A DNA stretch of 64,000 bases from the NCBI GenBank assembly GCA_964553015.1, contig CAZKJE010000001.1, positions 6,110 through 70,109 of the forward strand, read 5' to 3'. A program made the position numbers and the translations under genes. This DNA comes from an uncultured Candidatus Saccharibacteria bacterium (GTDB taxonomy: Bacteria > Patescibacteriota > Minisyncoccia > Phycocordibacterales > UBA9973). Positions 53,046 through 63,494 of this stretch are shown here, in pieces. The notes below the pieces were generated by a model. That model was not told the origin of the DNA and did not search any database. It saw only the letters and a program-made list of their open reading frames with translations. Numbering within the stretch: the stretch's first letter is position 1; each line of letters starts with the position of its first letter.

Positions 53046-54065
53046 TTATATACTGAATAATGGAGGGATAAAGCCCAGTCCTGCAAGTCCTGCGAGTAAT
53101 GAAAACAATCCGAGCCCTATGACTACTACGCCCGCGGATTTAAAGAACAGGGGTGCATGCTTCCCGTGCGCAAAAGATGCCGACCCAAAAGATAGGAGCG
53201 CAAGCATCGGCAGTGTTCCTAAAGCAAATGCAAACATAATTACCGCTCCGGCGCCAAAAGACCCGCTCGAAAGCGCCACGACCTGCATTGACTGTGTAAA
53301 TCCGCAAGGCAGAAAAAAAGTTCCGAAACCGATAATGAGAGGCGTAAAAGTTTTGTGCTCTATTTTTCTGAAAAAATTAAACACTCCTGTTGGCAGAGTA
53401 ATTTTACTTTTTGCAAATATGCCGACTAAGTTTAAGCCAAGAGCTAGCATGACAAGCGAAGCGATAATTCCCAAAATAGCCGTGAAAGTAAAATTTATTC
53501 CTATTGCCTTGCCGAGCGCTCCCAAAACTCCGCCTAAAATTGCAAAACTAAACAATCTGCCGGCGTGGAAAAGCAGGAAAGTTTTTGTATCGCTTACGTT
53601 GTCTTCCGATATTTTCGCCGACAGAGATAGCACCAAGCCTCCGACGACAGCCAGACAACTGGAAACCGAAGCAACCAGCCCAATAATAAAACTGGTAACG
53701 TAAGTAGTTTGACCGCCAATGCCAAAATTCAGGATTCCAGATTTTTGCAGCAGAAAAAATAAAACCAAGAACACGAGCCCGATAGGTATGGCTTTCCAGA
53801 TGATATCATCGTCCTGTTTTTCTTTAATTATTTTTTCTACAGAAAGAGTATAGCCATTTGGTTGTATTTTTTCAGTTAATATCTCCGCAAGTTCTTCCGG
53901 AGTTTTTTCACTTTCGGTTTCAATCAGGATTTTTTCCTTATTCAGATCTACCTGAACTTTTTTTACCGATTCTTGTTCACCCAAAATATCTTCAATCAAT
54001 ATTTTACACGAGGCACAGTGCGTGCCGGAAACGTGAAATGTATGGGTTTTTTGGCCTGTTTTCAT
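53046..54065 (-). CDS. Heavy-metal-associated domain plus DsbD_2/TauE-like membrane protein
   Basis: GTHCASC HMA motif; SSCLAVVGG, FHAGRL, FFLPCG, FALGTLP. Confidence 0.85.
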   Translation of the reverse strand: MKTGQKTHTFHVSGTHCASCKILIEDILGEQESVKKVQVDLNKEKILIETESEKTPEELAEILTEKIQPNGYTLSVEKIIKEKQDDDIIWKAIPIGLVFLVLFFLLQKSGILNFGIGGQTTYVTSFIIGLVASVSSCLAVVGGLVLSLSAKISEDNVSDTKTFLLFHAGRLFSFAILGGVLGALGKAIGINFTFTAILGIIASLVMLALGLNLVGIFAKSKITLPTGVFNFFRKIEHKTFTPLIIGFGTFFLPCGFTQSMQVVALSSGSFGAGAVIMFAFALGTLPMLALLSFGSASFAHGKHAPLFFKSAGVVVIGLGLFSLLAGLAGLGFIPPLFSI

Positions 54066-54097
54066 TTGCCTATACTAGCACAAAAAATAAATTAATG

Positions 54098-54835
54098 TCA
54101 GGCTAAGAAAAATTTTTTAATTTCATCTACTGTTTCATTTAGATGTTTAAGCGGTGCATAGTGGCCACCCCGCAAAGTCTTTGTCATTACATTTTTTTGA
54201 GCAATATGATTATTAGAAAGCAGATCATTGTCTGCTATGATATTTAAGACCGGCACGGAAATTGAAGAGAGTAGTGGCAGCCCGCTGGTATCAAGAACAA
54301 TATTTTTAAAAGTATCACTCAAACTTTTAAACGTATGTAAATGATAATCCGAAAAAACAAGATCCGGTATATATGACGGTTTCAAAAACTTGAAGAAACG
54401 CATCAGATTATGCTGGCAAAGAATATTGCAGGCTGTCCGAGAAAAATTCGGTGCGTGTAAAAGGTAGTATCCCCAACCGATTTTGCTCTTCAAAATAATT
54501 TTTTCAGCTTCATTTTCTTCTTTGAACAATGGAGCATTCAAGAGCACAATTTTGCTTACTTTGCTTGGATTTTCCTTCGCCCAAGCCAGCGCCAAAATGC
54601 CACCCATAGAATGCCCAACTAGAAAAATTTCTCCCTTAGGAAACTTCTTTAAAATTTGAGAATTAATATAGGCAAGATGTTCTGAGAGTGTAAAATTCAT
54701 ACCTAGATCTTTGTTTTCTCCAAACCCAAGAAGATCAAAAGAAAGCGTCCGAGCGCCGAATTCCTTAAAAGACTTTTCCATTTCTTGAAAAAAATTTTTT
54801 GAGGCCGCAAGCCCATGTAAGAAAACTATTTGCAT
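54098..54835 (-). CDS. Alpha/beta hydrolase
   Basis: FLHGL, DLLGFG, VGHSMGG nucleophile elbow, GGH. Confidence 0.85.
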   Translation of the reverse strand: MQIVFLHGLAASKNFFQEMEKSFKEFGARTLSFDLLGFGENKDLGMNFTLSEHLAYINSQILKKFPKGEIFLVGHSMGGILALAWAKENPSKVSKIVLLNAPLFKEENEAEKIILKSKIGWGYYLLHAPNFSRTACNILCQHNLMRFFKFLKPSYIPDLVFSDYHLHTFKSLSDTFKNIVLDTSGLPLLSSISVPVLNIIADNDLLSNNHIAQKNVMTKTLRGGHYAPLKHLNETVDEIKKFFLA

Positions 54836-54909
54836 TGAGTTATTCTTTAATTAAAGATTCCACAAGAATGTCCTGTCTGACCATTATTTAATTAATGCTA
54901 ATAATTTAC

Positions 54910-55440
54910 TTAGACTGGAGCCTTTTCGGGCGCTCTGTCGTTATTTGTTTCTATGAATTCTTTGATTTTACTTTCATCAACTGTATCAAGTTTTAGAAGG
55001 TAGCCCCAAGACGTCAGAGCGACGGGAACATCCAGATCTTTGCGGGCTAACATTATTTTCTTGCCATCAGCGCCGATGAATGCTTTTTTGATTTTATCCA
55101 CCTCACCTTGCTCCAGGTCTTCTCTATACCAAACCACTGCCGCACCATGCTCCATACTATGAAGCACGAGTTCGTCAGGGACTGTCTCATCTTTTATTCC
55201 CGGCCCTGCTACGCCTGCCCAATGCGGTCCGGAAGTCGGAGGGTTTGATTTATATGCCGGATGCGTTTCATTGCGACCAACATGCCCTCTACCCTCATCA
55301 GCCATTTTTTCTCCCATCATAACTTTGCTAAGTTTTTCTTGATTTTTAGCTCCTTCTTTACTTGAAAACCATACTCCCCCAGCCATAATAATTAATGTTA
55401 ATAATGTAATTCCTCCTACTACTTTATGTTCTGTTGTCAT
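54910..55440 (-). CDS. DUF3105-like membrane-anchored protein
   Basis: YKSNPPTSGPHW, LHSMEHGA.VVWY, ALTSWG. Confidence 0.8.
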   Translation of the reverse strand: MTTEHKVVGGITLLTLIIMAGGVWFSSKEGAKNQEKLSKVMMGEKMADEGRGHVGRNETHPAYKSNPPTSGPHWAGVAGPGIKDETVPDELVLHSMEHGAAVVWYREDLEQGEVDKIKKAFIGADGKKIMLARKDLDVPVALTSWGYLLKLDTVDESKIKEFIETNNDRAPEKAPV

Positions 55441-55459
55441 AATATTTTAATTTAAATTT

Positions 55460-56122
55460 TTACGCATTGCAACCAGTTTTTTCTATTTTTGGAAACCAAT
55501 AACCATTTACCTCTTCTGCAATTTTATACATTTCTTCTTCGCCGGCCTCCTCCGAGGCCATGAGTTCCAAGAGTCCTAGCATGGCCATGCCGTGATTGCA
55601 GTCGGGAAAATAAGCAGGGTTCTTGCAGCAAGGTCGGAAAATATTTTTTGAGACTTTTTCAACCAATACTTGCTGTTCTGGAGTCAGGGTTACAAATTCA
55701 TGCATGCTGTAATGATCCATCGCGCCACCTTTAGCCAAGGTCCAGCCGCCAGTGGAGGCGAAATTGCCTGCTCCGCCATATTTGGGATCCATCATCGGAC
55801 CGTTTTCAAGAATTGGGTTTTTATTTGAGAGTCCGAACGCCCAGAGCATATTTAGCATCATTCCGGAATTTTCAGACGTAATCTTTACTTTGCCGTTTGC
55901 GCCATCATACAACAATTTCTTATCCGCTTCCGAAAGTCCGCCTCTTTGGCTGTATAGATTTTCAAACTTTTTTGTATCTATCACGCCCGCTTCTGCCATT
56001 TTTACTCCCAAGCTGCCCCATTCCAGAGCGGAGAACACTGCCTGCTCTACTGGCGTCAGGCCTAAAAGCAATATTCCGGCAATGACGAGTGAGGCATATA
56101 AAATTTCTTTTAATTTTTTCAT
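55460..56122 (-). CDS. Conserved hypothetical Cys/His-motif protein
   Basis: LWAFGL.NKN, FASTGGWT, RPCC......PDCNHGMAMLG. Confidence 0.7.
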   Translation of the reverse strand: MKKLKEILYASLVIAGILLLGLTPVEQAVFSALEWGSLGVKMAEAGVIDTKKFENLYSQRGGLSEADKKLLYDGANGKVKITSENSGMMLNMLWAFGLSNKNPILENGPMMDPKYGGAGNFASTGGWTLAKGGAMDHYSMHEFVTLTPEQQVLVEKVSKNIFRPCCKNPAYFPDCNHGMAMLGLLELMASEEAGEEEMYKIAEEVNGYWFPKIEKTGCNA

Positions 56123-56123
56123 A

Positions 56124-56432
56124 TTAGCAGCAATCTTTTAACTTATTTTCTAATGATTCGACTTTTTTGCTTTCTCCTCCCTTTTTTTCTCTTAATTTTG
56201 AGAATATTTTTTTAAGTTCCGTTACAATACCCCCTATCGATGCGCCCATCAAAATCGCAGTCAGAAACTCATAGCGAGATACAGATAGAAGCCCGAGCCA
56301 CATGCCCAAAAGCATCCATAGCCACGTAAGTGTTACACCGGCGCAGATAGCACAGATTTGTATAGGCAATTTTTTATTAATTACCCGCACGATTAAAGTC
56401 AAGAAGAGAATTGATGATATTACTATAATCAT
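56124..56432 (-). CDS. Small membrane protein with CxxC and terminal CC
   Basis: ICAICAG, three hydrophobic segments, ...LKDCC. Confidence 0.7.
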   Translation of the reverse strand: MIIVISSILFLTLIVRVINKKLPIQICAICAGVTLTWLWMLLGMWLGLLSVSRYEFLTAILMGASIGGIVTELKKIFSKLREKKGGESKKVESLENKLKDCC

Positions 56433-57208
56433 ATGAAGAAGATTAGGATACCGATAATAATCATACCAATGCCGGTCCAGAGCTTGACGCTCCCAATGTT
56501 GTCACGCTTCCACAGCTGAACTTTATCAACTAGCAGCTTGTCAGCGGATATGAACAAAACAGCAGCCAAAGGAATAATCAGGATCAAGTTATATAGGAGA
56601 AGATAGCCAAATCCGCTCATGTAAGTCACCTGATCGCGCAATAACCCGATAACCATTAAATATGGTCCACCCATGCATGGAAACTGGCAGATGCCGACGA
56701 GAATTCCGAGTCCGAATACCGCAGGGAATGATGCTCGGTCCATTAATTTACTCATAGCGCTGTGGGCAATTCCGGGAATTTTTAATTTTATCGGGAACTG
56801 CGGAAAAAAACGATTTACCAAGTTGACTACTCCGAAAATAATCAGAAGTGTCGCTCCCAGTTTCCCCATGAAGTGCGGAGTGTTGAACAAATGCAGAACT
56901 TTCAGTATCCCCAAACCTATCAGGAAGTATGCGGTGAAAATTCCTGCAATATAAGTTCCCCCCAGCTGAAGAATTTTCTCACGGCTCATCTGAATCCCGA
57001 ATAAAAATGCGATAGTAATAAGCAGAATAGAAAACGAACAGGGGTGCACGCTATCCAAAAGCGCCGACACTAAAAGAAGCGGCAAAAGCCATGTGCCTTC
57101 CCGGCTCATTTCCCAGATGATAGATGAGGTCGCCGGACTATTTTTTAGTACAACTATGCCTATCAGGGCAACTAATACGATACTGATTGTTATAATGAAT
57201 TTTTTCAT
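56429..57208 (-). CDS. Cytochrome c biogenesis CcdA/DsbD-type membrane protein
   Basis: LDSVHPCSF and CQFPCMGGPY Cys-Pro motifs; multi-TM. Confidence 0.78.
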   Translation of the reverse strand: MKKFIITISIVLVALIGIVVLKNSPATSSIIWEMSREGTWLLPLLLVSALLDSVHPCSFSILLITIAFLFGIQMSREKILQLGGTYIAGIFTAYFLIGLGILKVLHLFNTPHFMGKLGATLLIIFGVVNLVNRFFPQFPIKLKIPGIAHSAMSKLMDRASFPAVFGLGILVGICQFPCMGGPYLMVIGLLRDQVTYMSGFGYLLLYNLILIIPLAAVLFISADKLLVDKVQLWKRDNIGSVKLWTGIGMIIIGILIFFI

Positions 57209-57213
57209 CTGTG

Positions 57214-57768
57214 TTAAGGGGTTACGTTCGCTTTAATTTCAAGTTCAAGTTTTTGTCCGTTTTCATCTACGAGGTAAATAAACCGGTCAATCGTGCCTAC
57301 CCCGGCTGGGCCATGCGCGTTCGGATCGTACACGACTTCAATGTCGCGAGATTCTCCGGCAGGAATTATTTCCCCCGCTTTGCCGTCGCCATGTCCAGGC
57401 ATATCAGTCGCACCGCCGTGACCAGGCATGCCAAACGGCCCAAGCTTGCTGCCGTCATCTTTTAATAAATAAGCCGCTGTACACATGCAGGAAGTACTGA
57501 TATTGGTCAACGCGACGTCTTCAGCGCCAGAGTTGGTGACTTTGAATATTTTGCTGACATTTCCATCTTTCATGGAGATTTGTCCGAAGTCATATAGCGT
57601 TTCTTCTGCTGAAAGTTTTCCCGCTATCTTATTTTCTACTTTAGCGGGATGCGAATTAGTAACAGATGCCTCGAGTGCTTTATCGCTGTCTACCGACTTG
57701 CTCCACCACACCAGACCCGCCACTCCTATAACAATTATAATTAACGAAACTGCAGTTTTTTTGTCCAT
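57214..57768 (-). CDS. DUF1573-like Ig-fold protein with Met/His-rich loops
   Basis: YDFG.I, STSCMCT, GMPGHG twice, YDPNAHGPAG. Confidence 0.75.
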   Translation of the reverse strand: MDKKTAVSLIIIVIGVAGLVWWSKSVDSDKALEASVTNSHPAKVENKIAGKLSAEETLYDFGQISMKDGNVSKIFKVTNSGAEDVALTNISTSCMCTAAYLLKDDGSKLGPFGMPGHGGATDMPGHGDGKAGEIIPAGESRDIEVVYDPNAHGPAGVGTIDRFIYLVDENGQKLELEIKANVTP

Positions 57769-57792
57769 AAATTTAAATAATTAGAATAGTAA

Positions 57793-57813
57793 AAAATCCC
57801 TTGAGGGGATTTT
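57793..57813 (-). terminator. Hairpin, possible terminator or processing site
   Basis: AAAATCCC-TTGAG-GGGATTTT. Confidence 0.45.
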
Positions 57814-57846
57814 AAAGATACAGCTAAAAATTTTACGACAAAATCG

Positions 57847-58266
57847 TTAGCTATACCTTGCGTATAAAAAAGACGGGCTATTTTCAAAAAACGATAGCCA
57901 TTTTATTATTTCTTCTTTAGGAGAATATAATATTTTGATATCCAGATAATACTTCCAGCTTTCAAAATATTGTTTTTCATTGAAAAAGTTATGCTTGCCG
58001 ATAAAATATAAAATTATTCCTGAAACAAAAAGGTAAAGAGCAAATAAAGACATTAGTGTTACATTTGAAAATTGCTGCCAGCCGGAGATGTGGTCTAAGG
58101 TATTTTCACATACCGAAAAGCCGTTTTCTGCATAAGGACAATTCATCATCGGCGTTTCAGTGGAGCTGGTGGTATGGCTCCATCCCACCAAACCAAACAC
58201 GCCTACGCTTACAAAAGCTAGTAAAACAAGACTGCCGATGATGAAATTGTTTTTCCAGATACTCAT
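57847..58266 (-). CDS. Hypothetical membrane protein
   Basis: Two TM segments, MMNCPY...VC...HI..WQ, ENSP. Confidence 0.6.
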   Translation of the reverse strand: MSIWKNNFIIGSLVLLAFVSVGVFGLVGWSHTTSSTETPMMNCPYAENGFSVCENTLDHISGWQQFSNVTLMSLFALYLFVSGIILYFIGKHNFFNEKQYFESWKYYLDIKILYSPKEEIIKWLSFFENSPSFLYARYS

Positions 58267-58325
58267 GTTACTTAATTCTATTGCATTTTAGTGTAAAACA
58301 CTACCCCCGCATTTATATTATACTA

Positions 58326-58529
58326 CTATTGGCTCTTGTTGTCAATACCAAATGCGGTATGCAGCCAGCACCAGCCAATAAAGCTTTCAACAAGGGCTAT
58401 CCAGCCGACAATCGCAATAAGAACATTCCCCCAATTCGCGTCAAACTGCGGCGCGAGTGGCGAAAGCCACCAGAAGGCCAAGGCAAAGCGTAAAACTCTA
58501 TCTACTATTCCCAAATTTCTATAATTCAT
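58326..58529 (-). CDS. DUF2892/YgaP-like small membrane protein
   Basis: Start re-called at MNYRN; NLG.VDR.LR...GWC......GI. Confidence 0.75.
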   Translation of the reverse strand: MNYRNLGIVDRVLRFALAFWWLSPLAPQFDANWGNVLIAIVGWIALVESFIGWCWLHTAFGIDNKSQ

Positions 58530-58563
58530 AAAATTTAAATTGATTATTTTAATAATTTCGACC

Positions 58564-60903
58564 TTATAATTTCTTGCTTTTAATGCGCAAAGAATTTCCG
58601 ACCACCGACACCGAAGACATGGCCATGGCAAATCCTGCAAACACGGGAGACAGCAGCCATCCGAATATTGGATAGAATAATCCTGCGGCGAGTGGTATGC
58701 CTATGACGTTATATGCAAAAGCCCAGAAAAGATTCTGTTTGATTCCTCGCATGGTCATTTTTGAGAGCTTGATGGCTTTTACAAGTTTTGAAATATCGCC
58801 ATGAAGCAGAGTTATGCCTGCGCTTTCTATCGCCACGTCAGTGCCCGTAGCCATAGCTATGCCCACGTCTGCCTGCGCCAAGGCCGGAGCGTCGTTGACC
58901 CCGTCACCCGCCATGGCCACGACATAACCATTACTCTGAAGTTCTTTTATTTTATTTAATTTATCTTCCGGCATTGCTTCAGCCACTATTTCGTCTATTC
59001 CGGCAAGATTTGCAATATGTTTTGCCGTATTTTTATTATCGCCCGTGAGCATTACCACTTTCACTCCGAGTTTATGCAGATTCTTAACTGCAAGCACTGT
59101 CTCCTCTTTTATAGCGTCAGCCACCATGAAAACTCCCAGAATTTCATTTTTCGCACCAAGAATTATAGGAGTTTTGCCTTCTAGGGTTTCTTTTTCTATT
59201 TTTTCTTTCTGATTTTCTTTGAATTTTAGATGCAAATCCTCAACGATTTTTGTATTGCCGGCAAAATATTCTACACCACCCACGACTCCCTTAAGTCCTT
59301 TTCCTTTTACAATTTCAAAATTATCTACGCCGCCTATCGCTATTTTTTTTTCTTTAGCATAACTCAGCACTGCGTGAGCAATGGGATGTTCTGATTTATT
59401 TTCTAGAGTTGCGAGAATCGAAACCAACTCATGATCGCTTTTGCCTGAAAAATTATTTATAGAAACAAGCTCCGGCTTACCAAAAGTAAGTGTCCCTGTT
59501 TTATCTACCACCACCGCATTAACTTTATGAAGTTTTTCAAGAGTGCCGGCATCTTTTATGAGAATACCCTCCTTGGCTCCCTTGCCTACTCCGACAATTA
59601 TCGCAGTCGGCGTCGCCAAACCTAGGGCACACGGACAAGCTATGACAAGTATCCCCACAAATGAAACCAAGCCAAACGAGAACGCCTGTGAAAAATCCAT
59701 GTATTGTGAACCTACCACAAGCCAGAGTAAAAGAGTTAGAGCTGCTATTCCTAAAACAATCGGCACAAACACGCTGGAAATTTTATCCGCCAGAGCTTGT
59801 ATCGGCGCCTTGCTTCCCTGCGCTTCTTCCACCATCCTGATAATGTTGGCAAGCAGAGTTTCCGAACCTACTTTTGTAGCCCTAAAAGTAAATGAGCCTG
59901 TAGTATTTATCGTCCCTGATACCACGCTGTCTCCCTCTTTTTTACCCACCGGCATTGGCTCGCCGGTGACCATGGACTCGTCAATATACGAAGAGCCTGA
60001 AACGATAATACCGTCCACTGGGATTTTTCCCGCTGGTTTTACTATAATCAAATCTCCGTGCATCACCTGCTCAACAGGTATTTCTATTTCCTGATTATTG
60101 CGAATGACTAAAGCGGTCTTCGCCTGCAAACCCAAGAGCTTTTCTATTGCATCTCCGGTCTTTATTTTAGAGCGGGTCTCTAAATATTTTCCGAGCGCAA
60201 TAAAAGCAATGACTATAATGGTAACGTCATAATATGTGCTTGCTGTATCAATAAAAGGCGCGAGAGTTTCTTCAAAGGCCGTAACGGCAAAGCTGTATAA
60301 AAATGCAACCGAGGTGCCTATGCCGATAAGCGTATCCATGTTCGCCTTGCCGTAACGCAAGAATCGGTAAAAGCCTAGGAGATAGGGTTTGCCCACCACG
60401 AATAAAATATAAGTGGCGAGTATAGGCATCAAATGGTGGAAAAATTCTTCCCACACGTACGGCATTCCGGACACAAGCCCGTACTGCTCAAGAATTTCCC
60501 ATGCCATTACAAAAGCGCTTATAGCTGCAAGCGGTATGGCAGAAATAATTTTATTCCGCATGTCTTGAAGCTCTTTTAGTTTTTCTTTTTTAGATTGATT
60601 TATGCCTAAATGCGCTTTATGCTCGTCTTCGGTCATACCCATTTCGCTCGCCGTCATTCCTCTAGCGTGAGTACCGTGGTCTTCTTTTTTATTTACCATT
60701 ATAGAATATCCAAGAGGCTCAAGTTTTTCGTTGAACTGTTCCGGACTTGTTTTGCTCTCATTAAAAGAAATCTTTGCGTTTTCGGTACCAGCATTAACTG
60801 AAATCCCCTCTACACCATCTATCTTCTTTATCGTTCTTTCTATAATGCTAGAGCAGGAAGCGCAGTGCATGCCTTTTACTTTGTAAGTTTCTGTGTGGCT
60901 CAT
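58564..60903 (-). CDS. copA: Copper-translocating P1B-type ATPase
   Basis: [40 protein letters not shown] and MAMSS Cu(I)-type motifs. Confidence 0.95.
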   Translation of the reverse strand: MSHTETYKVKGMHCASCSSIIERTIKKIDGVEGISVNAGTENAKISFNESKTSPEQFNEKLEPLGYSIMVNKKEDHGTHARGMTASEMGMTEDEHKAHLGINQSKKEKLKELQDMRNKIISAIPLAAISAFVMAWEILEQYGLVSGMPYVWEEFFHHLMPILATYILFVVGKPYLLGFYRFLRYGKANMDTLIGIGTSVAFLYSFAVTAFEETLAPFIDTASTYYDVTIIVIAFIALGKYLETRSKIKTGDAIEKLLGLQAKTALVIRNNQEIEIPVEQVMHGDLIIVKPAGKIPVDGIIVSGSSYIDESMVTGEPMPVGKKEGDSVVSGTINTTGSFTFRATKVGSETLLANIIRMVEEAQGSKAPIQALADKISSVFVPIVLGIAALTLLLWLVVGSQYMDFSQAFSFGLVSFVGILVIACPCALGLATPTAIIVGVGKGAKEGILIKDAGTLEKLHKVNAVVVDKTGTLTFGKPELVSINNFSGKSDHELVSILATLENKSEHPIAHAVLSYAKEKKIAIGGVDNFEIVKGKGLKGVVGGVEYFAGNTKIVEDLHLKFKENQKEKIEKETLEGKTPIILGAKNEILGVFMVADAIKEETVLAVKNLHKLGVKVVMLTGDNKNTAKHIANLAGIDEIVAEAMPEDKLNKIKELQSNGYVVAMAGDGVNDAPALAQADVGIAMATGTDVAIESAGITLLHGDISKLVKAIKLSKMTMRGIKQNLFWAFAYNVIGIPLAAGLFYPIFGWLLSPVFAGFAMAMSSVSVVGNSLRIKSKKL

Positions 60904-60905
60904 AA

Positions 60906-61169
60906 TTATTTTCTCTTAAGCTGATAAACTTTCAAAATTTCTTTGGTTGCTTTATCCGTCTGTCCGCCCTTTATCTGATTGACAACACAATGCCCAAGAT
61001 GCCCTTCGAGAAGCATGTCTTCTATATTGGAAAGACCCTGCTTAAGAGCTGATGTCTGAGTGATGACATCAATGCAATACGTATCTGCTTCTATCATTTT
61101 TTGCAATCCCCGCGCCTGACCTTCTAAGATTTTCAGTCTCCTGATAATTTTTTGCTTATTTGTCTTCAT
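60906..61169 (-). CDS. csoR: CsoR-family metal-sensing repressor
   Basis: RRLK..EGQ.RGLQKM.E...C.DVITQ...H.GHC. Confidence 0.9.
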   Translation of the reverse strand: MKTNKQKIIRRLKILEGQARGLQKMIEADTYCIDVITQTSALKQGLSNIEDMLLEGHLGHCVVNQIKGGQTDKATKEILKVYQLKRK

Positions 61170-61175
61170 ACCCCA

Positions 61176-61204
61176 AGCATATACCCCCTAGGGGGTATTG
61201 TCAA
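61176..61204 (-). promoter_or_regulatory. csoR-copA promoter with a CsoR-type operator in the spacer
   Basis: Minus strand TTGACA-ATACCCCCTAGGGGGTA(17)-TATGCT-6nt-ATG; perfect palindrome ATACCCCCTAGGGGGTAT at 61181-61198. Confidence 0.88.
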
Positions 61205-61255
61205 TAAAGTTTTCCACAGCAAAAAAGAGCGGATTATACACTCCCAAGGATTAGT

Positions 61256-62482
61256 TTAAATAAGCCCCATTTCTTTCCCTACTTCCGACAATACGTTAAG
61301 TGCTTGATCTATTTGTTCCCTAGTGTGCGCGGCGGAAATTTGGAACCGCAGGCGGGCGGTGCCTTCAGGCACAACGGGAAACCAGAGCCCAACCACAAAA
61401 ATTCCTTTCTCTAAAAGCTTCTTGCTCATCTCCTGCGTTTTTGCCGCATCGTTGAGCATGACCGGAACTATAGGATGAATGCCTTCCAAGACATTAAAAC
61501 CCAATTTTTTCGCGCCACTTCTAAAATATTCGGCATTTTCTTTTACTTTATCTAAAAGCTCCGGTTTTTCTTTTAAAAGATCCAGTGCTTTTATGGATGC
61601 AATTACGACAGAGGGCGGCACGGAATTTGAAAATAGATACGTGCGGGATTTTTGGCGGAGTAATTCTATTATCTCTTTAGAGCCTGCGATATATCCGCCG
61701 ACAGCTCCACCGAGCGCTTTACCAAAAGTACCGGATAGTACATCAATTTTTCCTAGAAGTCCAAAATGTTCCGGGGTTCCGGCGCCCGTTTTTCCGAGCA
61801 CGCCGATAGCATGAGCATCGTCCACAAACAGCATGGCTTCGTGTTTATCGGCAAGTTCACGCAACTTTGGCAAATCGGCAAGATATCCTTCCATAGAAAA
61901 AACGCCATCTGTAACTATGATTTTAAACCTGTAATCCTTGTCCTTGTCTTCGTCTAAAAATTTCTCCAAAGTAGCTATATCTCCATGCGGATAAATTCTC
62001 TTTATTGTATTTTCTTTTTTGCAGAGCTTGAAGGCATCAATGATACTCGCATGGTTTAGCTCATCGCTATAAATAGCATCCTGATGTTTGCCGTCTCCGC
62101 CAAAAAGTTCGTTGGTGATCGTCGCAAAGAATCCCAGATTTGCCATAAAATTCGTAGAGTATAAAATAGCATCTTCGGTTCCCAAAAATTCAGACAGTTT
62201 CTTTTCCAAAATTTTATGGATCGTTTCTGTTCCGGAAATAAATCTCACGGAAGACAATCCGAAACCATATGTATCTATGGCTTCTTTTGCAGAATTTGCA
62301 ATTTCCGGATGGTTCGCTAGTCCCAGATAATTATTAGCGGCAAACATTAATACTTTTCTTCCTTTGATTTCCACCTCTGCGCCCTGCGCGCCCTCAAGCT
62401 CGCGCTCCACCTTAAATTTCCCTGCCTGTTTCAGGGCTTCTAGTTCATGTTCTATAGCTTCTGTTATTTTTTTTGAATACAT
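61256..62482 (-). CDS. kbl: Glycine C-acetyltransferase (2-amino-3-ketobutyrate CoA ligase)
   Basis: ANNYLGL, SVRFISGT, LNHASIID, TDGVFSMEG, VDDAHA.G, GTFGKALGG, ARLRFQISAAH. Confidence 0.9.
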   Translation of the reverse strand: MYSKKITEAIEHELEALKQAGKFKVERELEGAQGAEVEIKGRKVLMFAANNYLGLANHPEIANSAKEAIDTYGFGLSSVRFISGTETIHKILEKKLSEFLGTEDAILYSTNFMANLGFFATITNELFGGDGKHQDAIYSDELNHASIIDAFKLCKKENTIKRIYPHGDIATLEKFLDEDKDKDYRFKIIVTDGVFSMEGYLADLPKLRELADKHEAMLFVDDAHAIGVLGKTGAGTPEHFGLLGKIDVLSGTFGKALGGAVGGYIAGSKEIIELLRQKSRTYLFSNSVPPSVVIASIKALDLLKEKPELLDKVKENAEYFRSGAKKLGFNVLEGIHPIVPVMLNDAAKTQEMSKKLLEKGIFVVGLWFPVVPEGTARLRFQISAAHTREQIDQALNVLSEVGKEMGLI

Positions 62483-62517
62483 GATAGTACTTACATGAAT
62501 ACGTATTTTAATACTTA

Positions 62518-63480
62518 TTATTTGCTTAATTTTCCTTTTAAATTTTTAAGCATATCAGCCACCATTTTTTCCAGATCATATTCATGCTTCCAGCCCCAGT
62601 CGGCTCTGGCAACGCTGTCATCAATGCTTTGAGGCCAGCTATCGGCGATAGCTTGGCGGGGGTCGGGCTTATAGCTGATTTCAAAACTTGGTATGTGTTT
62701 TTTTATGGCTGCAGCTATTTCTTTCGGAGAAAAACTTAAAGCCGATAAATTGTAAGACATCCGGCATTTAATTTTATCACATGGGGTCTGCATCAATTCA
62801 ATGGTCGCTCGGATAGCATCATCCATATACATCATCGGAAGATAAGTATTTTCGGAAAGAGGGCTCTCGTATTTCGCATTTTGCAGAGCTCCATAAAATA
62901 TTTCCACTGCATATTCCGTCGTCCCCGGCCCCGGTTCGCTCTTCCAGCTGATTAATCCGGGATATCTCACACTCCTAACGTCTAAATTATAACGCCTGTT
63001 GTAATATTGGCATAAAAGCTCTCCGGCATATTTAGTAATTCCATACATCGTAACCGGCTCTATGGGGGTTCTTTGCGGAGTTTCTTTTCTCGGAGTAGTG
63101 GGTCCAAATACCGCCATAGAACTCGGCCAGAATAATTTAATTTTTTCCTCCACGCATAAATCAAGAATCTGGCGCAAGCTCCCGATATTTAAACCCCAGC
63201 ATAGCTTGGGATTTTTTTCTCCGCCAACCGATAGCAGAGCCGCCAGCAGGTATATGGTATTAATACTTTCTTCTTTTACAAATTTTCTGATAGCCTCAAT
63301 ATTGAGAGCATCCAGAACTGCATAAGGGCCCGTGCCCTTGAGCAATTCATTTTCTTCTCTGATGTCGGAAGCAAAAACATTCCCGCTTCCATATTTTTTT
63401 CGGAGTTCCAGTGTTAACCCCACCCCCACCATTCCACACGCCCCTATCACTAAAATTTTTTCATTATTTTTTTCCTGCAT
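62518..63480 (-). CDS. SDR-type L-threonine 3-dehydrogenase
   Basis: IGACG..G, LAALLS..GE, PSS.AVFG, MYGITK, RYPGLIS, GTTEYA, RQAIADSWP; adjacent to kbl. Confidence 0.85.
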   Translation of the reverse strand: MQEKNNEKILVIGACGMVGVGLTLELRKKYGSGNVFASDIREENELLKGTGPYAVLDALNIEAIRKFVKEESINTIYLLAALLSVGGEKNPKLCWGLNIGSLRQILDLCVEEKIKLFWPSSMAVFGPTTPRKETPQRTPIEPVTMYGITKYAGELLCQYYNRRYNLDVRSVRYPGLISWKSEPGPGTTEYAVEIFYGALQNAKYESPLSENTYLPMMYMDDAIRATIELMQTPCDKIKCRMSYNLSALSFSPKEIAAAIKKHIPSFEISYKPDPRQAIADSWPQSIDDSVARADWGWKHEYDLEKMVADMLKNLKGKLSK

Positions 63481-63494
63481 ATATTTATATTATC

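Noticed and set aside
61210-61218. DnaA-box-like TTTTCCACA suggesting oriC
   Set aside because: Single imperfect box; no box cluster, unwinding element or dnaA nearby.
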